From: an uncultured delta proteobacterium
GTDB lineage: Bacteria; Myxococcota_A; Polyangia; Fen-1088
Length of the DNA: 64,000 nucleotides
Assembly: GCA_963737265.1 (NCBI GenBank)
Contig: CAVTRY010000022.1
Coordinates: forward strand, 128,001-192,000
Direction: 5' to 3'
Of the stretch, positions 51,897 to 62,167 are shown in pieces. Within the stretch, counting starts at the first letter, position 1. The number at the start of each line of letters is the position of its first letter. A program made the position numbers and the translations under genes. The notes beneath the pieces were generated by a model. That model did not search any database and was not told the origin of the DNA. It saw nothing but the letters and a program-made list of their open reading frames with translations.

Positions 51897-53564
51897 ATGA
51901 ACGGTTCAACGCCGGCCAAGGGATCGTCCGCGCTCGCGTCGGCGCGCGTGCGCATCGGGCACTACGAGCTCTTCGATCGATTCGCCGTGGGGGCGATGGC
52001 CGAGCTCTATCTCGGGCGGGCTCGCGGCGAGGAGGGCTTTGAAAAACCGGTGGCTATCAAGCGCATCCTGCCTCGCTTGGCCGAGGATGCGCGCTTCGCC
52101 CAGATGCTGCAAACCGAGGCGCGCATTCACGCCTCGCTTTCGCACAAGAACATCGTGCAGATCCACGACCTCGGCATTTCCTCCGAGGGCGAATACTTCA
52201 TTGTCCTCGAATACGTAGACGGGCGCGATTTGGGTGCGCTGCTCGAAAGCGTAGCCAAGAACCCGAAGTCGACCGCCAACAAGCGGCTCGACGATGCGGT
52301 CGGCCTCTACATCATGAGCGAGCTTGGCGAGGGCGTGCATTTCGCGCATGAGTCGCGCGGCGGCGACGGCAAGCCCTTGGGGCTCGTTCATCGCGACATT
52401 TCGCCGACTAATGTGCTTCTGTCCTATGCCGGCGAGGTGAAACTGTCCGACTTCGGCGTCGCCAAGCGCAACACCGATCATTCCGTGGTTACGTCGCTCA
52501 AAGGCGAGCTTGGCTATATGTCGCCCGAACAAGCCCGCGGCGCGGCGACGGACAGGCGCAGCGACATTTTCTCCCTGGGCGCCATCGCCTTCGAGCTTTT
52601 CACCGGAAGCCCGCTGCGCCACCTGACCGACAGCCCGGACGACTACCTGAAGGCGGCGTCGGGCATCGTGGCCTCGCCCACACGCTACCGGCCTGACATT
52701 TCGTCATCTATCGAACGGGTGCTTGCGGGCGCATTGGCGCCCGATCCGCGCGATCGTTTCGCCGACGCACGCCTGTTCGTCGATGCCTGTCGCGAAGCCC
52801 TTGCCGTCATCCCGCGGCCCAGCCGGGGCGAGCCGGGCGAGCTTAGGGATCTACTCGCCACGCTGCTTCCACCGGGGGCAAAGGCTCCCCACAAGGTGCC
52901 GTCCAAGGTCATCAGTCTGATGCCCAGCATGTGGGAGGACGTGACGGTGCCCGACGGAATCCCGCTGCCTCTTCCAGGTGCGCACCCCGCGGTCGGGCCT
53001 GTGGTTCATCCGACGCAACCGCCGCCTGTGCCGTTGAATCTGGCCGACGACACCACGCCGGACTTGGCACTGTTGACACCGCGTACGCCAGCCGACGAGA
53101 ACGGGCTGCCGCGACCACTCACCCGAGAATTTGCCCGGCCGCCAGCAGCTTCGATGGCCGCCCGGACAGCGGCGATGGGCAAGCGGAGCTCGCTGCGGGC
53201 CGTGCGCAAACACCACAACGGCGCGTGGGCCGGACTCATCGTCGTCGCACTGCTTTTGGGCGCGCTGACGTCGATCCACTTCTACGTGATGCCGCTGCCC
53301 GTGGCGGCGGTCTATTTTCGCCCGGCGTTTGTCATCGTCACGTCGGAGCCGCGTAACGCCGACGTCTACCTCGACGGGAAAAAGGCGCTGGGCGCCACCC
53401 CGGCAGTGCTGGAAGTCCGGCGCGACCATCAGGAACATGTCGTCGAGGTTCGCAAGGACGGCTTCGGGCCCGCGAGCCGGACGCTGCGCTACGACCGGCA
53501 GGTCGCTCTCAAGGTTTCCCTTCCGCTCGTGCCCGCGCGAGACACCCAGCCACGAGAGCAGTAG
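51897..53564 (+). CDS. Membrane Ser/Thr protein kinase with PEGA domain
   Basis: VAIKRI, HRDISPTN, DFG, YMSPE, TM, VTSEP..ADVYLDG..LG.TP. Confidence 0.92.
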   Translation: MNGSTPAKGSSALASARVRIGHYELFDRFAVGAMAELYLGRARGEEGFEKPVAIKRILPRLAEDARFAQMLQTEARIHASLSHKNIVQIHDLGISSEGEYFIVLEYVDGRDLGALLESVAKNPKSTANKRLDDAVGLYIMSELGEGVHFAHESRGGDGKPLGLVHRDISPTNVLLSYAGEVKLSDFGVAKRNTDHSVVTSLKGELGYMSPEQARGAATDRRSDIFSLGAIAFELFTGSPLRHLTDSPDDYLKAASGIVASPTRYRPDISSSIERVLAGALAPDPRDRFADARLFVDACREALAVIPRPSRGEPGELRDLLATLLPPGAKAPHKVPSKVISLMPSMWEDVTVPDGIPLPLPGAHPAVGPVVHPTQPPPVPLNLADDTTPDLALLTPRTPADENGLPRPLTREFARPPAASMAARTAAMGKRSSLRAVRKHHNGAWAGLIVVALLLGALTSIHFYVMPLPVAAVYFRPAFVIVTSEPRNADVYLDGKKALGATPAVLEVRRDHQEHVVEVRKDGFGPASRTLRYDRQVALKVSLPLVPARDTQPREQ

Positions 53565-53575
53565 AAGAAGCGGGC

Positions 53576-56125
53576 ATGTCTGACCAGCTTCCGCTCACGA
53601 GGCCGCTCGCGCCCCCAGCCGAGCGCTTGGATGGCGACAAGATTCTTGAGCGATTTCTCGACTACGTGGCCGGACAAGGACTTTCGCTCTATCCGGCACA
53701 GGAGGAGGCGTTGTTCCAGATTCTGGCTGGCAAGCACGTGGTGTTGGCCACGCCGACCGGCTCGGGCAAGTCGCTGGTGGCTGCGGCCTTTCTGTTCAAA
53801 GCCCTGTGCGAAGGCAAGACCGGCTTTTACAGCTGTCCGGTCAAGGCCCTGGTCAACGAGAAATTCTTCGATCTGTGCAACTGCTTTGGCCCCGAGCACG
53901 TCGGGCTCGTCACCGGCGATGCCTCGGTCAACAGCGACGCCCCGATTCTCGTCGGTACGGCCGAGATCCTGTCCAATATGGCTTTGCGCCGCTCGCGCGT
54001 GCCCGCCGATTTCGTCGTCATGGACGAATTCCACTACTACGGCGACCGCGAGCGCGGCATCGCCTGGCAAATTCCCCTGTGTGTTCTCAAGCAAGCCACC
54101 TTCTTGCTCATGTCCGCGACTTTGGGCGACACGGCGCCCATCGAGCGGCGTCTGGCCGAATTCACCGGTCGCGAAGTCGCCAGCGTGCGCGGCGCTATCC
54201 GGCCCGTGCCGTTAGAATTCGAGTATCGCGAAATCCCGTTGCACGAAACCATCGCCGAGCTCATCAACCTGAATCGCGCGCCCGTCTACCTGGTGAACTT
54301 CACGCAGCGGACGGCGGCCGAAGAAGTGCAGAACCTGATGTCGGTCGAGGTCATCGGCAAGCCCGACAAGGGGGCCATCAAGGTAGCGTTGACGGGCGAA
54401 CGTTTCGACAGCCCCTACGGCAAGGAATTGCAGCGCTTTTTGCGCCATGGGATCGGCCTGCACCACGCTGGCCTGCTGCCGCGCTACCGCCGCATCGTCG
54501 AGCGGCTGAGCCAGCAAGGGCTGCTCAAGGTCATCAGCGGCACCGACACGCTCGGCGTCGGCGTGAATATCCCCATTCGCACCGTGCTCTTCACCCAGCT
54601 CTGCAAATACGACGGTCAGAAGGACGGCATCCTCGGCGTGCGCGAATTCAAGCAGATCGCGGGGCGCGCTGGCCGCAAGGGCTTCGACGATCGCGGTTGG
54701 GTGGTGGCGCAGGCGCCGGCCCACGCCATCGAGAATTTACGCCTCAAGGCCAAGGCGGCGGGCGGCAAGAAGGTGCACATGCAGAAGCCGCCGCAGAAAG
54801 GCTATGTGCATTTCGACCGCGGCACCTTCGATCGCCTGGTGAACGGCATACCCGAAGCCCTGGAATCGCGTTTCTCGGTCAGCCACGGGCTCTTGCTCAG
54901 CCTTCTGCAGGGTGAAAGCGGCGATGCCAATCGCGGCGGCGGCTATCGCAAACTGCTCGATCTCATCGCCGCCTGCCACGACAGCGACGTGCTCAAGCGC
55001 CGCCACCGGCGAACCGCGGCGGCTTGCTTCCGGGTCCTGCGCAAGGCCGGTCTGGTCGATGTGGTGGATGAGAGCGCGCGAGCTCCGCATCCGGTGCCAA
55101 GCCCGGCGCTGCAAGATGATTTTTCGCTCCATCACACCCTTTCGCTCTACCTCGTCGATACGCTGGAGTTACTCGATCCCGCATCCGAGAGTTATGCGCT
55201 CGACGTGCTTTCCCTGGTCGAGGCCATTCTGGAGAATCCGCGTCCCGTGCTTTTCGCCCAGCTCGACAAGCTGAAGGGCGAAACCATCGAAGCCCTAAAA
55301 GCGCAGGGCATGGAATACGAGCAGCGCATGGAAGAGCTGGAAAAGCTGGAATGGCCCAAGCCCAACCGCAATTTCATCTACGACACCTTCAACGCCTTCG
55401 CCGCGCGCCATCCTTGGGTGGGCGAGGAGAACATCGCGCCCAAGTCGGTGGCGCGCGAAATCCTCGAACGCTTTTGCAGCTTCCACGACTACGTTCGCGA
55501 CATGGGTTTGCAGCGTTTCGAGGGCGTGCTGCTGCGTTACCTGTCCGAGGCGTACCGAGCCCTCAACCAGTCGGTGCCCGAGCGCTTTCGCAGCGAGGCG
55601 GTCGAGGATTTGGCTGCGGCGCTGGGCGGCGTGGTGCGCACGGTAGACTCGAGCTTGCTTGAGGAATGGGAAGAAATGCGCGCGCCCACAGCGGTCGGCG
55701 CAGATCCGGCAGCGGCTTTCGCCAAGAAGCCGCGCAGCCCGGACGCGGATCCGCGTGCCTTCACCGCCCGCATCCGCGCCGAGCTGCATCGCTTGCTCGG
55801 CGCTCTAGCCCGCCGCGATTTCGAGCAAGCGCAGGCGGCGTTGCGCGACGGCGAAAGCGCGGCCTGGACCGCCGACCGGCTGGCGGCAGAGCTTGCGCCC
55901 TACTTCGACGAATACAAGGAAATCGTCGTGACGCCACTGGCGCGCAGCCCGCGCAATACCACGCTGACGCTGGTTGCTCCGCACGTCTGGGAGGCGCAAC
56001 AGAAGATCGTCGATCCCGCGGGCGACGAAGACTTCGCCATCCACGTCCGCATCGACGTCACGCTACCGCTGGCGCCAGGTCAGGAAAACGCGCCTCTTAT
56101 CGAGCTGGTGCGCGTCGGGCGATAA
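53576..56125 (+). CDS. Ski2/HelY-like DExH helicase (DUF3516 type)
   Basis: TPTGSGKS, MDEFH, MSAT, HHAGLLP, QIAGRAGR. Confidence 0.9.
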   Translation: MSDQLPLTRPLAPPAERLDGDKILERFLDYVAGQGLSLYPAQEEALFQILAGKHVVLATPTGSGKSLVAAAFLFKALCEGKTGFYSCPVKALVNEKFFDLCNCFGPEHVGLVTGDASVNSDAPILVGTAEILSNMALRRSRVPADFVVMDEFHYYGDRERGIAWQIPLCVLKQATFLLMSATLGDTAPIERRLAEFTGREVASVRGAIRPVPLEFEYREIPLHETIAELINLNRAPVYLVNFTQRTAAEEVQNLMSVEVIGKPDKGAIKVALTGERFDSPYGKELQRFLRHGIGLHHAGLLPRYRRIVERLSQQGLLKVISGTDTLGVGVNIPIRTVLFTQLCKYDGQKDGILGVREFKQIAGRAGRKGFDDRGWVVAQAPAHAIENLRLKAKAAGGKKVHMQKPPQKGYVHFDRGTFDRLVNGIPEALESRFSVSHGLLLSLLQGESGDANRGGGYRKLLDLIAACHDSDVLKRRHRRTAAACFRVLRKAGLVDVVDESARAPHPVPSPALQDDFSLHHTLSLYLVDTLELLDPASESYALDVLSLVEAILENPRPVLFAQLDKLKGETIEALKAQGMEYEQRMEELEKLEWPKPNRNFIYDTFNAFAARHPWVGEENIAPKSVAREILERFCSFHDYVRDMGLQRFEGVLLRYLSEAYRALNQSVPERFRSEAVEDLAAALGGVVRTVDSSLLEEWEEMRAPTAVGADPAAAFAKKPRSPDADPRAFTARIRAELHRLLGALARRDFEQAQAALRDGESAAWTADRLAAELAPYFDEYKEIVVTPLARSPRNTTLTLVAPHVWEAQQKIVDPAGDEDFAIHVRIDVTLPLAPGQENAPLIELVRVGR

Positions 56126-56137
56126 GTAGCTGGGTGT

Positions 56138-56506
56138 TCAGTCCACGTCGAAATAGAGCGAATCGCGTCTTCCGAGGAACGCCTTGATGGCTTCTTTTGC
56201 CTGGGGCGCGAGCTGGAGAAACATCAAGCCCATGCCGACCTCGGCACCGCCGCCCTTGGCCGCTGTCTCGCGCACCCAGCGCACCTCGGTGATGGCTTCG
56301 ATGGGTTCTTTCGAGGACGGCAGCGTCAGACGCAGACGAATGCGCTCGCCGACCTGACGCAACTGGTGCGTGGCAACGAATAACCCGCCGCCGCTCAAGT
56401 CCTGCGTGAGTCCGGTATAAAAGTTGTGTTCGCTTTCGAACGTGACTTCGACGGCCACCTCGTAGCGAGGTTCGAGCCTGCGATCGGATGGAACGGGAAC
56501 GGGCAT
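56138..56506 (-). CDS. PilZ-domain protein (myxobacterial TIGR02266 type)
   Basis: RRLEPR, SEHNFYTG.TQDLSGGGLFVAT, EVRWVR, GMGL.F. Confidence 0.88.
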   Translation of the reverse strand: MPVPVPSDRRLEPRYEVAVEVTFESEHNFYTGLTQDLSGGGLFVATHQLRQVGERIRLRLTLPSSKEPIEAITEVRWVRETAAKGGGAEVGMGLMFLQLAPQAKEAIKAFLGRRDSLYFDVD

Positions 56507-56648
56507 GGTGCGTCCTTTCACAAATGCTAGCTCACGGCAAGGAGAGCCCCCGATGGCGAATGCCACCCGCGGCGGGCACAGGCACGCTCGCGGAAATTCT
56601 TGATCTTACGCTGCATCGCCCAAACCCATCTTTCCCGCAGCCAAGACA

Positions 56649-59456
56649 TCAATCGCCGAAAGCAATGCTGCGCACGCCGGCGCCGAGCGTAATCTCTTTC
56701 TCGTGAACCTTCCCGGTTGTGGGAACCAGCACGCCAATGGTGTGGACGCCGGGCTCGACGCGCATCTTGGAATACGGACACAAGATTCCAGTTTCGCGAC
56801 CGTCGACCACGATGGGCAGCTTGCCTGCGGTCTTGCACTCGGCGCGGAAGCGCGCCTCCCCGGTCATGGGTGGCGCCACCGGCTTGAGCGTCTCGTCGAC
56901 CTTTGCGCCGTCGTCGACGTCGACGCTCGACGCGGCCGAAAGATAGCCCGGGCGCACCAGCACGACGCGAGCAGGTCCAGCCTTGAGCTTGAGCACCACC
57001 GGCGTGGTGCCTCGCTCCTTGCCGTCGATCCACACCACAGCGCCGTCGGGTTTGCTGGCGATGGGAAGGCTCACGACGGCCCCCAAGCCAGGCTTGCCAG
57101 CGAGCTTGGCCGCCAGCGAAGGAGATGGAGCCACCGCCGGGACATCAGCTGTCGTCGTCTTGGCGGGAGCGGGCGCGGCGGCCGCGGGCGCAGACCGTGG
57201 TTTTTCCTGGCGCACGAGACTTTCCTTGGCGACGGCCACGGGCGCGGGTTGCGCGGACGCGATGGCGGCCAAGCTCGCCTTCGGCAACCGGCGCGACGGT
57301 TGTCTGAGCGCGGGTGGCGCACCCTTTTTTCCAAAAATGGCTCCCCAGCCGCCAAGCGACGTAGTCACGCCAACCACCACCCCACCAAGCCCTAGAATCA
57401 CGGCGGCGGCAACGGCAATCCTTCTGGCCCGGGGCGGAGCAACGACCGACAACTCGTCGTCGGCCGCGCCCACGGCAAACGTCGCCTGCGTCCTCACCGC
57501 GGTCCGTGGGACAGGTCGTCGCACCTCGCCGGCGCCGGGGACCGACATTGCTTGCGCCGGGCGCGGCGGGACCTGTTGCTCCGCGGGCGGCGAAAGATTC
57601 TCTTCCGCAAACGCGCTGGCCAGCGCGGATTGCGTGGCATCTTCAGGCTGGGGCCCGACTCGATCGACTTGCTCCACCACGCCCACCACGTCTTGCGCGG
57701 GCGGCGAAGAGGTGCCATCGTCATCCGCGTCCGTCAGGTCGAACGCGCTGGCAGAGACCAGCGTGGGTTCCGGTTGCTCGTCAACCAACTCGTCCTCGAG
57801 CAGGCGGCTAGCGGCAGGCGCGACCGGCGGCGACTCGGTTGCCGGGGCTGGCGACGTAAAGGCGAAAGCTTCTTCGATGGTGGGGTCGCTGACCGGGGGC
57901 GGCGCCGCGACCGTCGGTCCCGCCAGGAATTCACCGCTGGGTCGCGCCGTCGGGGCCGCGAGCGGGGAAACCTGCACGCCCGCCTCACCCCCAAGCGCAG
58001 CCAGCGCCCGTACGCCCCAGTCCTCGAGCTCGGGAATGGGTGCCGCGTCCCCGCTGCCCGCGGCTCTCGCCGAGTCCGTCGATTTCGTCGAGGGGGCGCG
58101 CAATTCGTCCCGTGCGGCAGGCGCGGGAGGCGCCACCACGGGGAATGCCATGATGGTCGGGCTGTGCCGCACGGGCGAGTCGGACCAATCGGTCGGTGGA
58201 TCCGACGCGAGCGTGGGCGGTGCTTCGGCGAACGGCGGGATGGAGGCGTCGGTGGGCCGGGCTTGGAAAAGCAAGCTGGCGAAGCTTCCGCTCTGCCGCA
58301 CGACCGTGGGCGCGTCGGTAGCGGCGAAAAAACTTTCCGAGGCGGAAGGCGACGGCGGCGCGGCCCGAGGAAGAGCCAGCTCGTGCGACCGATCGTCGTC
58401 CTGCGGCTCGGGTGGGGCGTGCTCGGCCGGCGGCGCTTGGACATCCATCGACTGGACATCGCTGCGTGTTTCCACGGGCAACGGCGAGTCCGTCTTGGGC
58501 AACGTCGAATCAGCGACGAAGGCCGAGAAGTTTCGCACCAGGGCCGTCATCTCGGCCACCATCGAAGCGTCGGGAATGTCGGCCCAGTGATCGGCGAGGA
58601 TCTTGGCGGCCTCGGTCGCGCTCGGACGCAGCGCCGGATCGTCCGCGAGCAGGCCCGCGATGAAGTCGGCCATGGACGGCCAAAGCGAGTCCAAGATTTT
58701 TCTCACCGCCGGGCTTGCAGCTGCCGGAGGTGGTAGCTCACCGGTCGCCAGCTCGAACAAGATCGCGCCTAGCGATCGCACGTCGCTTGATGGGCTTGGC
58801 TCCGCAGCCGTGAGCTCGGGTGCCGTGTAGCCCGCCGCGCGCCGTGGAGTGCTGTCACCCGCCTTCTCGGCTTCCTTCTCGGCCGTCGAGCGCAGACCGA
58901 CGTCCAGCACTTTGATGCCCCCGCGCGCCGAGGCGAAAAGGTTGCGAGGTGTGAGACCGCCATGCACGAGCGCGGGCGAAAGCGCGTGCATGGCAGACAG
59001 TCCGCCCGCGACCTCGGCGCCAATGTACGCCACGATCTTCTGCCACTTCTCGGCCGCCTCGTCGCTGCCGGTGGCAAGGACACCCGCCACTTGAGCACAT
59101 TCGCGAAAGCGTTCGAGGTCGAGCCCGTGGACGAACTCGGTCACGGCGATGGCAACGCCGTCGATGACGTCGGCATCAAGAACGCGCGCCACGCGCGGAT
59201 CGCTGATGCTGGCCGTGCGCCGCGCGGTCTTGATGAAGGGATCGTTGAGGTTGATGGGGTCGCCACGACGGCGGCGCATGCACTTCACGGCGAAGATGCG
59301 GTCGAACCCGGCCAGCCCGCGTACGCGCGCGCGGTAGGTTTCGAGACCGCCTTGCGAACCCAGGCACTCCTCGAGCTCGTACCGGCCAAGCTTCTTCGGC
59401 CTGGCTTGATCGCGAACGACGGAGAGTCTCGATGCGTTTGGCATCAGTGGTAACAT
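56649..59456 (-). CDS. Kinase-like (probable pseudokinase) membrane protein with PEGA domain
   Basis: LGRYEL, FAVK, HGGL in place of HRD, DVG, YTAPE; long Pro/acidic linker, TM, PEGA. Confidence 0.8.
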   Translation of the reverse strand: MLPLMPNASRLSVVRDQARPKKLGRYELEECLGSQGGLETYRARVRGLAGFDRIFAVKCMRRRRGDPINLNDPFIKTARRTASISDPRVARVLDADVIDGVAIAVTEFVHGLDLERFRECAQVAGVLATGSDEAAEKWQKIVAYIGAEVAGGLSAMHALSPALVHGGLTPRNLFASARGGIKVLDVGLRSTAEKEAEKAGDSTPRRAAGYTAPELTAAEPSPSSDVRSLGAILFELATGELPPPAAASPAVRKILDSLWPSMADFIAGLLADDPALRPSATEAAKILADHWADIPDASMVAEMTALVRNFSAFVADSTLPKTDSPLPVETRSDVQSMDVQAPPAEHAPPEPQDDDRSHELALPRAAPPSPSASESFFAATDAPTVVRQSGSFASLLFQARPTDASIPPFAEAPPTLASDPPTDWSDSPVRHSPTIMAFPVVAPPAPAARDELRAPSTKSTDSARAAGSGDAAPIPELEDWGVRALAALGGEAGVQVSPLAAPTARPSGEFLAGPTVAAPPPVSDPTIEEAFAFTSPAPATESPPVAPAASRLLEDELVDEQPEPTLVSASAFDLTDADDDGTSSPPAQDVVGVVEQVDRVGPQPEDATQSALASAFAEENLSPPAEQQVPPRPAQAMSVPGAGEVRRPVPRTAVRTQATFAVGAADDELSVVAPPRARRIAVAAAVILGLGGVVVGVTTSLGGWGAIFGKKGAPPALRQPSRRLPKASLAAIASAQPAPVAVAKESLVRQEKPRSAPAAAAPAPAKTTTADVPAVAPSPSLAAKLAGKPGLGAVVSLPIASKPDGAVVWIDGKERGTTPVVLKLKAGPARVVLVRPGYLSAASSVDVDDGAKVDETLKPVAPPMTGEARFRAECKTAGKLPIVVDGRETGILCPYSKMRVEPGVHTIGVLVPTTGKVHEKEITLGAGVRSIAFGD

Positions 59457-59645
59457 CGGCGGTTCTCTCCGTCTTCTGGACTCGGAATCATTGCGCGCGA
59501 TCGTCTTCCTTCACGCGAGGCGCGCAGCACGAAAAGTGCGTCGTGTCTTGGGTGAGCTGCATGCCGGCGGACAATCGTATCGCGCCGGCGGGCGCTTGTG
59601 AACCGAGGAAGACGACGCAGACGACGCAATTTTCTCGATGGAATC

Positions 59646-60377
59646 TCAGGGCGCCAGCAGCGGTTTCTTGGGACGCGTGATGTCCGGGGGACGGCCGTAG
59701 CGCGGCACCGCGGTTTCGATGTCGTCGAAGTCGCCGCGCTGGATGCGCGCCCGCGCCAGCTGACCGACCGCGGTTGCGCTGGGACCAGGCAGCGATGCAA
59801 GAACGGTGGTTGCGGCGAAGGTGGAACGGAAGACCGCGAGGTAGCGATCTACGCCTGTCCCGCCCATGACCATGGACTGCCTGACGGAGGCTTCGCTTGC
59901 AAGTCGGCACAGCCGAGCGGGGTCGAGAACCCAGTCAGCCTCGCCTTGCGCACTCGGTTGTGCGCCGGCATCCGCTCGGTAGACACGCGCGTAGATCTGT
60001 CCCTTGCCGGCGTCGATGCAGGGAAGCAGCAGGCTCGCGTCTCCCGACTTCGCTGCCAGATCGCACGCCAGCGCTTCGAGCGACGACACCAGCACCATGG
60101 GCAACCCCGTCGGCAGCGCCAGGCCCTTGGCGACCGCGAGACCGACGCGCAAGCCGGTGAAGCTGCCGGGACCGGCGCCGCACGCAATCGCGCCGAGACC
60201 GCCGACGGCGACGCCAACCCCGCGCAGGATCTCGTCGCACAGGCCAAGCAGGTTCGCGGAGTGGCGCGCGGCGGTTTTCTCGCGCGCGAGCAGGCATTCA
60301 CCCGCGGCCGACAGCAGCGCCACGCGCGCGGTGGGCGTGGAGGTGTCGAGAGCCAGCAGCGGAGAGGAGGAAGTCAT
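59646..60377 (-). CDS. tsaB: tRNA t6A modification protein TsaB
   Basis: LALDTST, HSANL, GPGSFTGLRVG, IDA. Confidence 0.93.
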   Translation of the reverse strand: MTSSSPLLALDTSTPTARVALLSAAGECLLAREKTAARHSANLLGLCDEILRGVGVAVGGLGAIACGAGPGSFTGLRVGLAVAKGLALPTGLPMVLVSSLEALACDLAAKSGDASLLLPCIDAGKGQIYARVYRADAGAQPSAQGEADWVLDPARLCRLASEASVRQSMVMGGTGVDRYLAVFRSTFAATTVLASLPGPSATAVGQLARARIQRGDFDDIETAVPRYGRPPDITRPKKPLLAP

Positions 60378-62035
60378 CGCGGCAAGAAGAAGCGAACCAC
60401 GTCATTTTTTAGGGCAAAGGCCACCAGCAGGACGACCACGACGACGCCGATGTAGGTCGTAATCGCGCGTGCCCGCGCCGATGGCGGTCGGTGTTTGAAC
60501 AGCTCGATGGTGAAGAACATCAGCAAGCCACCGTCGAGAATGGGAATAGGCAGGAAGTTGAGCAGGCCAATGTTGATGCTGAGCAAGGCCATGAGCCAAA
60601 GGTACTGCGCCAGGCCTTGCTCGGCCGCGATGCCGGCCGCGTAGCCGATGGTCAGCGGACCGCCGAGCGACTGCGGCGACATCTCGCCGCGGATGATTTG
60701 GAAGAAGCCCTGGGCCGTGAACCTGACGATTTCCCCCGTGCGCGTGAGCGCGTGCCCGAGGGCATAGAAGAAGCGATTTCTGATCGGCACCGGATCCGCG
60801 GTCTTCCAGGCAAAGCGATTGCTGGCGCCGAACACCAGCCGCTGCTCTTCCTGGCGGTAGGCATCGAGCTCGGAACGCAGCTCTTGCTTGAACGTGGCTT
60901 CGTGGCGAACCCCGCCCGGCGCGGCCCAGGTCAGGCGAAAGGTCCGTTCGGGCTCGGCGCCCAAGCGCTGGCGCAGAAGATTCCAGTGCAGGATGGGCTG
61001 GCCGTCGAGCTCCAGCAGTTGGTCGCCACGGCGCAGTCCGATGCGATCCGCGGGGCTGCCCGGCTCGACTGAGTAGACGAAGAGCTCGGAGGTCTGAATG
61101 CCGGTTTCGTAGTGCCGGCCGCCGCTCGCGTCCAGCACCGGCTGCGGGATCACCACCGCGGCGCCCGGATCCTGAATTTCCACGTGCACGAAAGGCACCG
61201 CCGAGTGCGTGCCGCGCAGATAGGTGATGCGCAGCGGGGAAGCGCCGGCGCGCGAAACCGCGCGTTCGAATTCGGCCCAGTGGGAAACCGGCGAGCCATT
61301 GACCGAGACGATGTAGTCGAAGGTTCTAAGGCCCGCCTGCGCCGCCGGCGACGTGAGATCGATGATGCCGACCTCGGGCAACTGAAAGCGCGGCGAAACG
61401 CCGATCCAACCCACGCTCTCGTTGAGATTGAGCGGCCCCTTGCGCACCGTCGTCGACAGCGTGACGTCGCGTTCCTCGGCGACGTTGCCGCGCCGGATAC
61501 CAAAGCGCATGGTCTTGCCGGGCGAGTCCGCGATGATCTCTTCCAGCTCTTCCCAGTAGCGCACGTACTTGCCGTCCACGGTTTCGACCCGGTCGCCGGG
61601 CAGAAGCCCCGCCTGCGCCGCCGGCAGCCCGGCGATCACCGTTCCGATGGTGGGCGAAAGCAGCGTCTTCTGCCCCACGTAGTGCACGAAATAGATCCCC
61701 ACCGGCAAGATCAGATTGAACAGCGGCCCGGCGACCACGATGGCGTAGCGCTGCCACAGCGGCCGCGCGCACAACGCACGCTCGCGATCGTGCTCGGGCA
61801 CGTGCTCGCTCGGATCTTCGCCGAGCAGCCGTAAATAGCCGCCGAGCGGAAAGAGCGACAGCCGGTATTCCGTGGCGCCCGCCGTAAACCCAAACAGCCG
61901 CGGCCCGAAGCCAAACGAGAAGCGCAGCACCTTCACGCCGAAGAGCTTGGCGACGAGAAAGTGCCCGAGCTCGTGCGCCAAAATCAACACGCCCAAAAGC
62001 GCGATCACCGCCGCCGCCCACAACGCAAGCGTCAT
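60374..62035 (-). CDS. rseP: RIP metalloprotease RseP with multiple PDZ domains (paralogue 2)
   Basis: HELGH, FSFGFGP, AGPLFN, NFLPIPILDGG. Confidence 0.92.
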   Translation of the reverse strand: MTLALWAAAVIALLGVLILAHELGHFLVAKLFGVKVLRFSFGFGPRLFGFTAGATEYRLSLFPLGGYLRLLGEDPSEHVPEHDRERALCARPLWQRYAIVVAGPLFNLILPVGIYFVHYVGQKTLLSPTIGTVIAGLPAAQAGLLPGDRVETVDGKYVRYWEELEEIIADSPGKTMRFGIRRGNVAEERDVTLSTTVRKGPLNLNESVGWIGVSPRFQLPEVGIIDLTSPAAQAGLRTFDYIVSVNGSPVSHWAEFERAVSRAGASPLRITYLRGTHSAVPFVHVEIQDPGAAVVIPQPVLDASGGRHYETGIQTSELFVYSVEPGSPADRIGLRRGDQLLELDGQPILHWNLLRQRLGAEPERTFRLTWAAPGGVRHEATFKQELRSELDAYRQEEQRLVFGASNRFAWKTADPVPIRNRFFYALGHALTRTGEIVRFTAQGFFQIIRGEMSPQSLGGPLTIGYAAGIAAEQGLAQYLWLMALLSINIGLLNFLPIPILDGGLLMFFTIELFKHRPPSARARAITTYIGVVVVVLLVAFALKNDVVRFFLPR

Positions 62036-62167
62036 CCCCGGACCTCCCGTCCGAAGCCGAGCGAGCTACCCGCGGCGACTGCCATCGAGGGAGACTCTTA
62101 GCACGGTCGCGGGGATAACGGAGTAACCCAGGCGGCTATAGACCACCACCCCAGGCGGCAGTAAGCT

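Noticed and set aside
3242-62035. Two rseP genes as a recent duplication
   Set aside because: The proteins are divergent, with different lengths and PDZ content, consistent with old paralogues.
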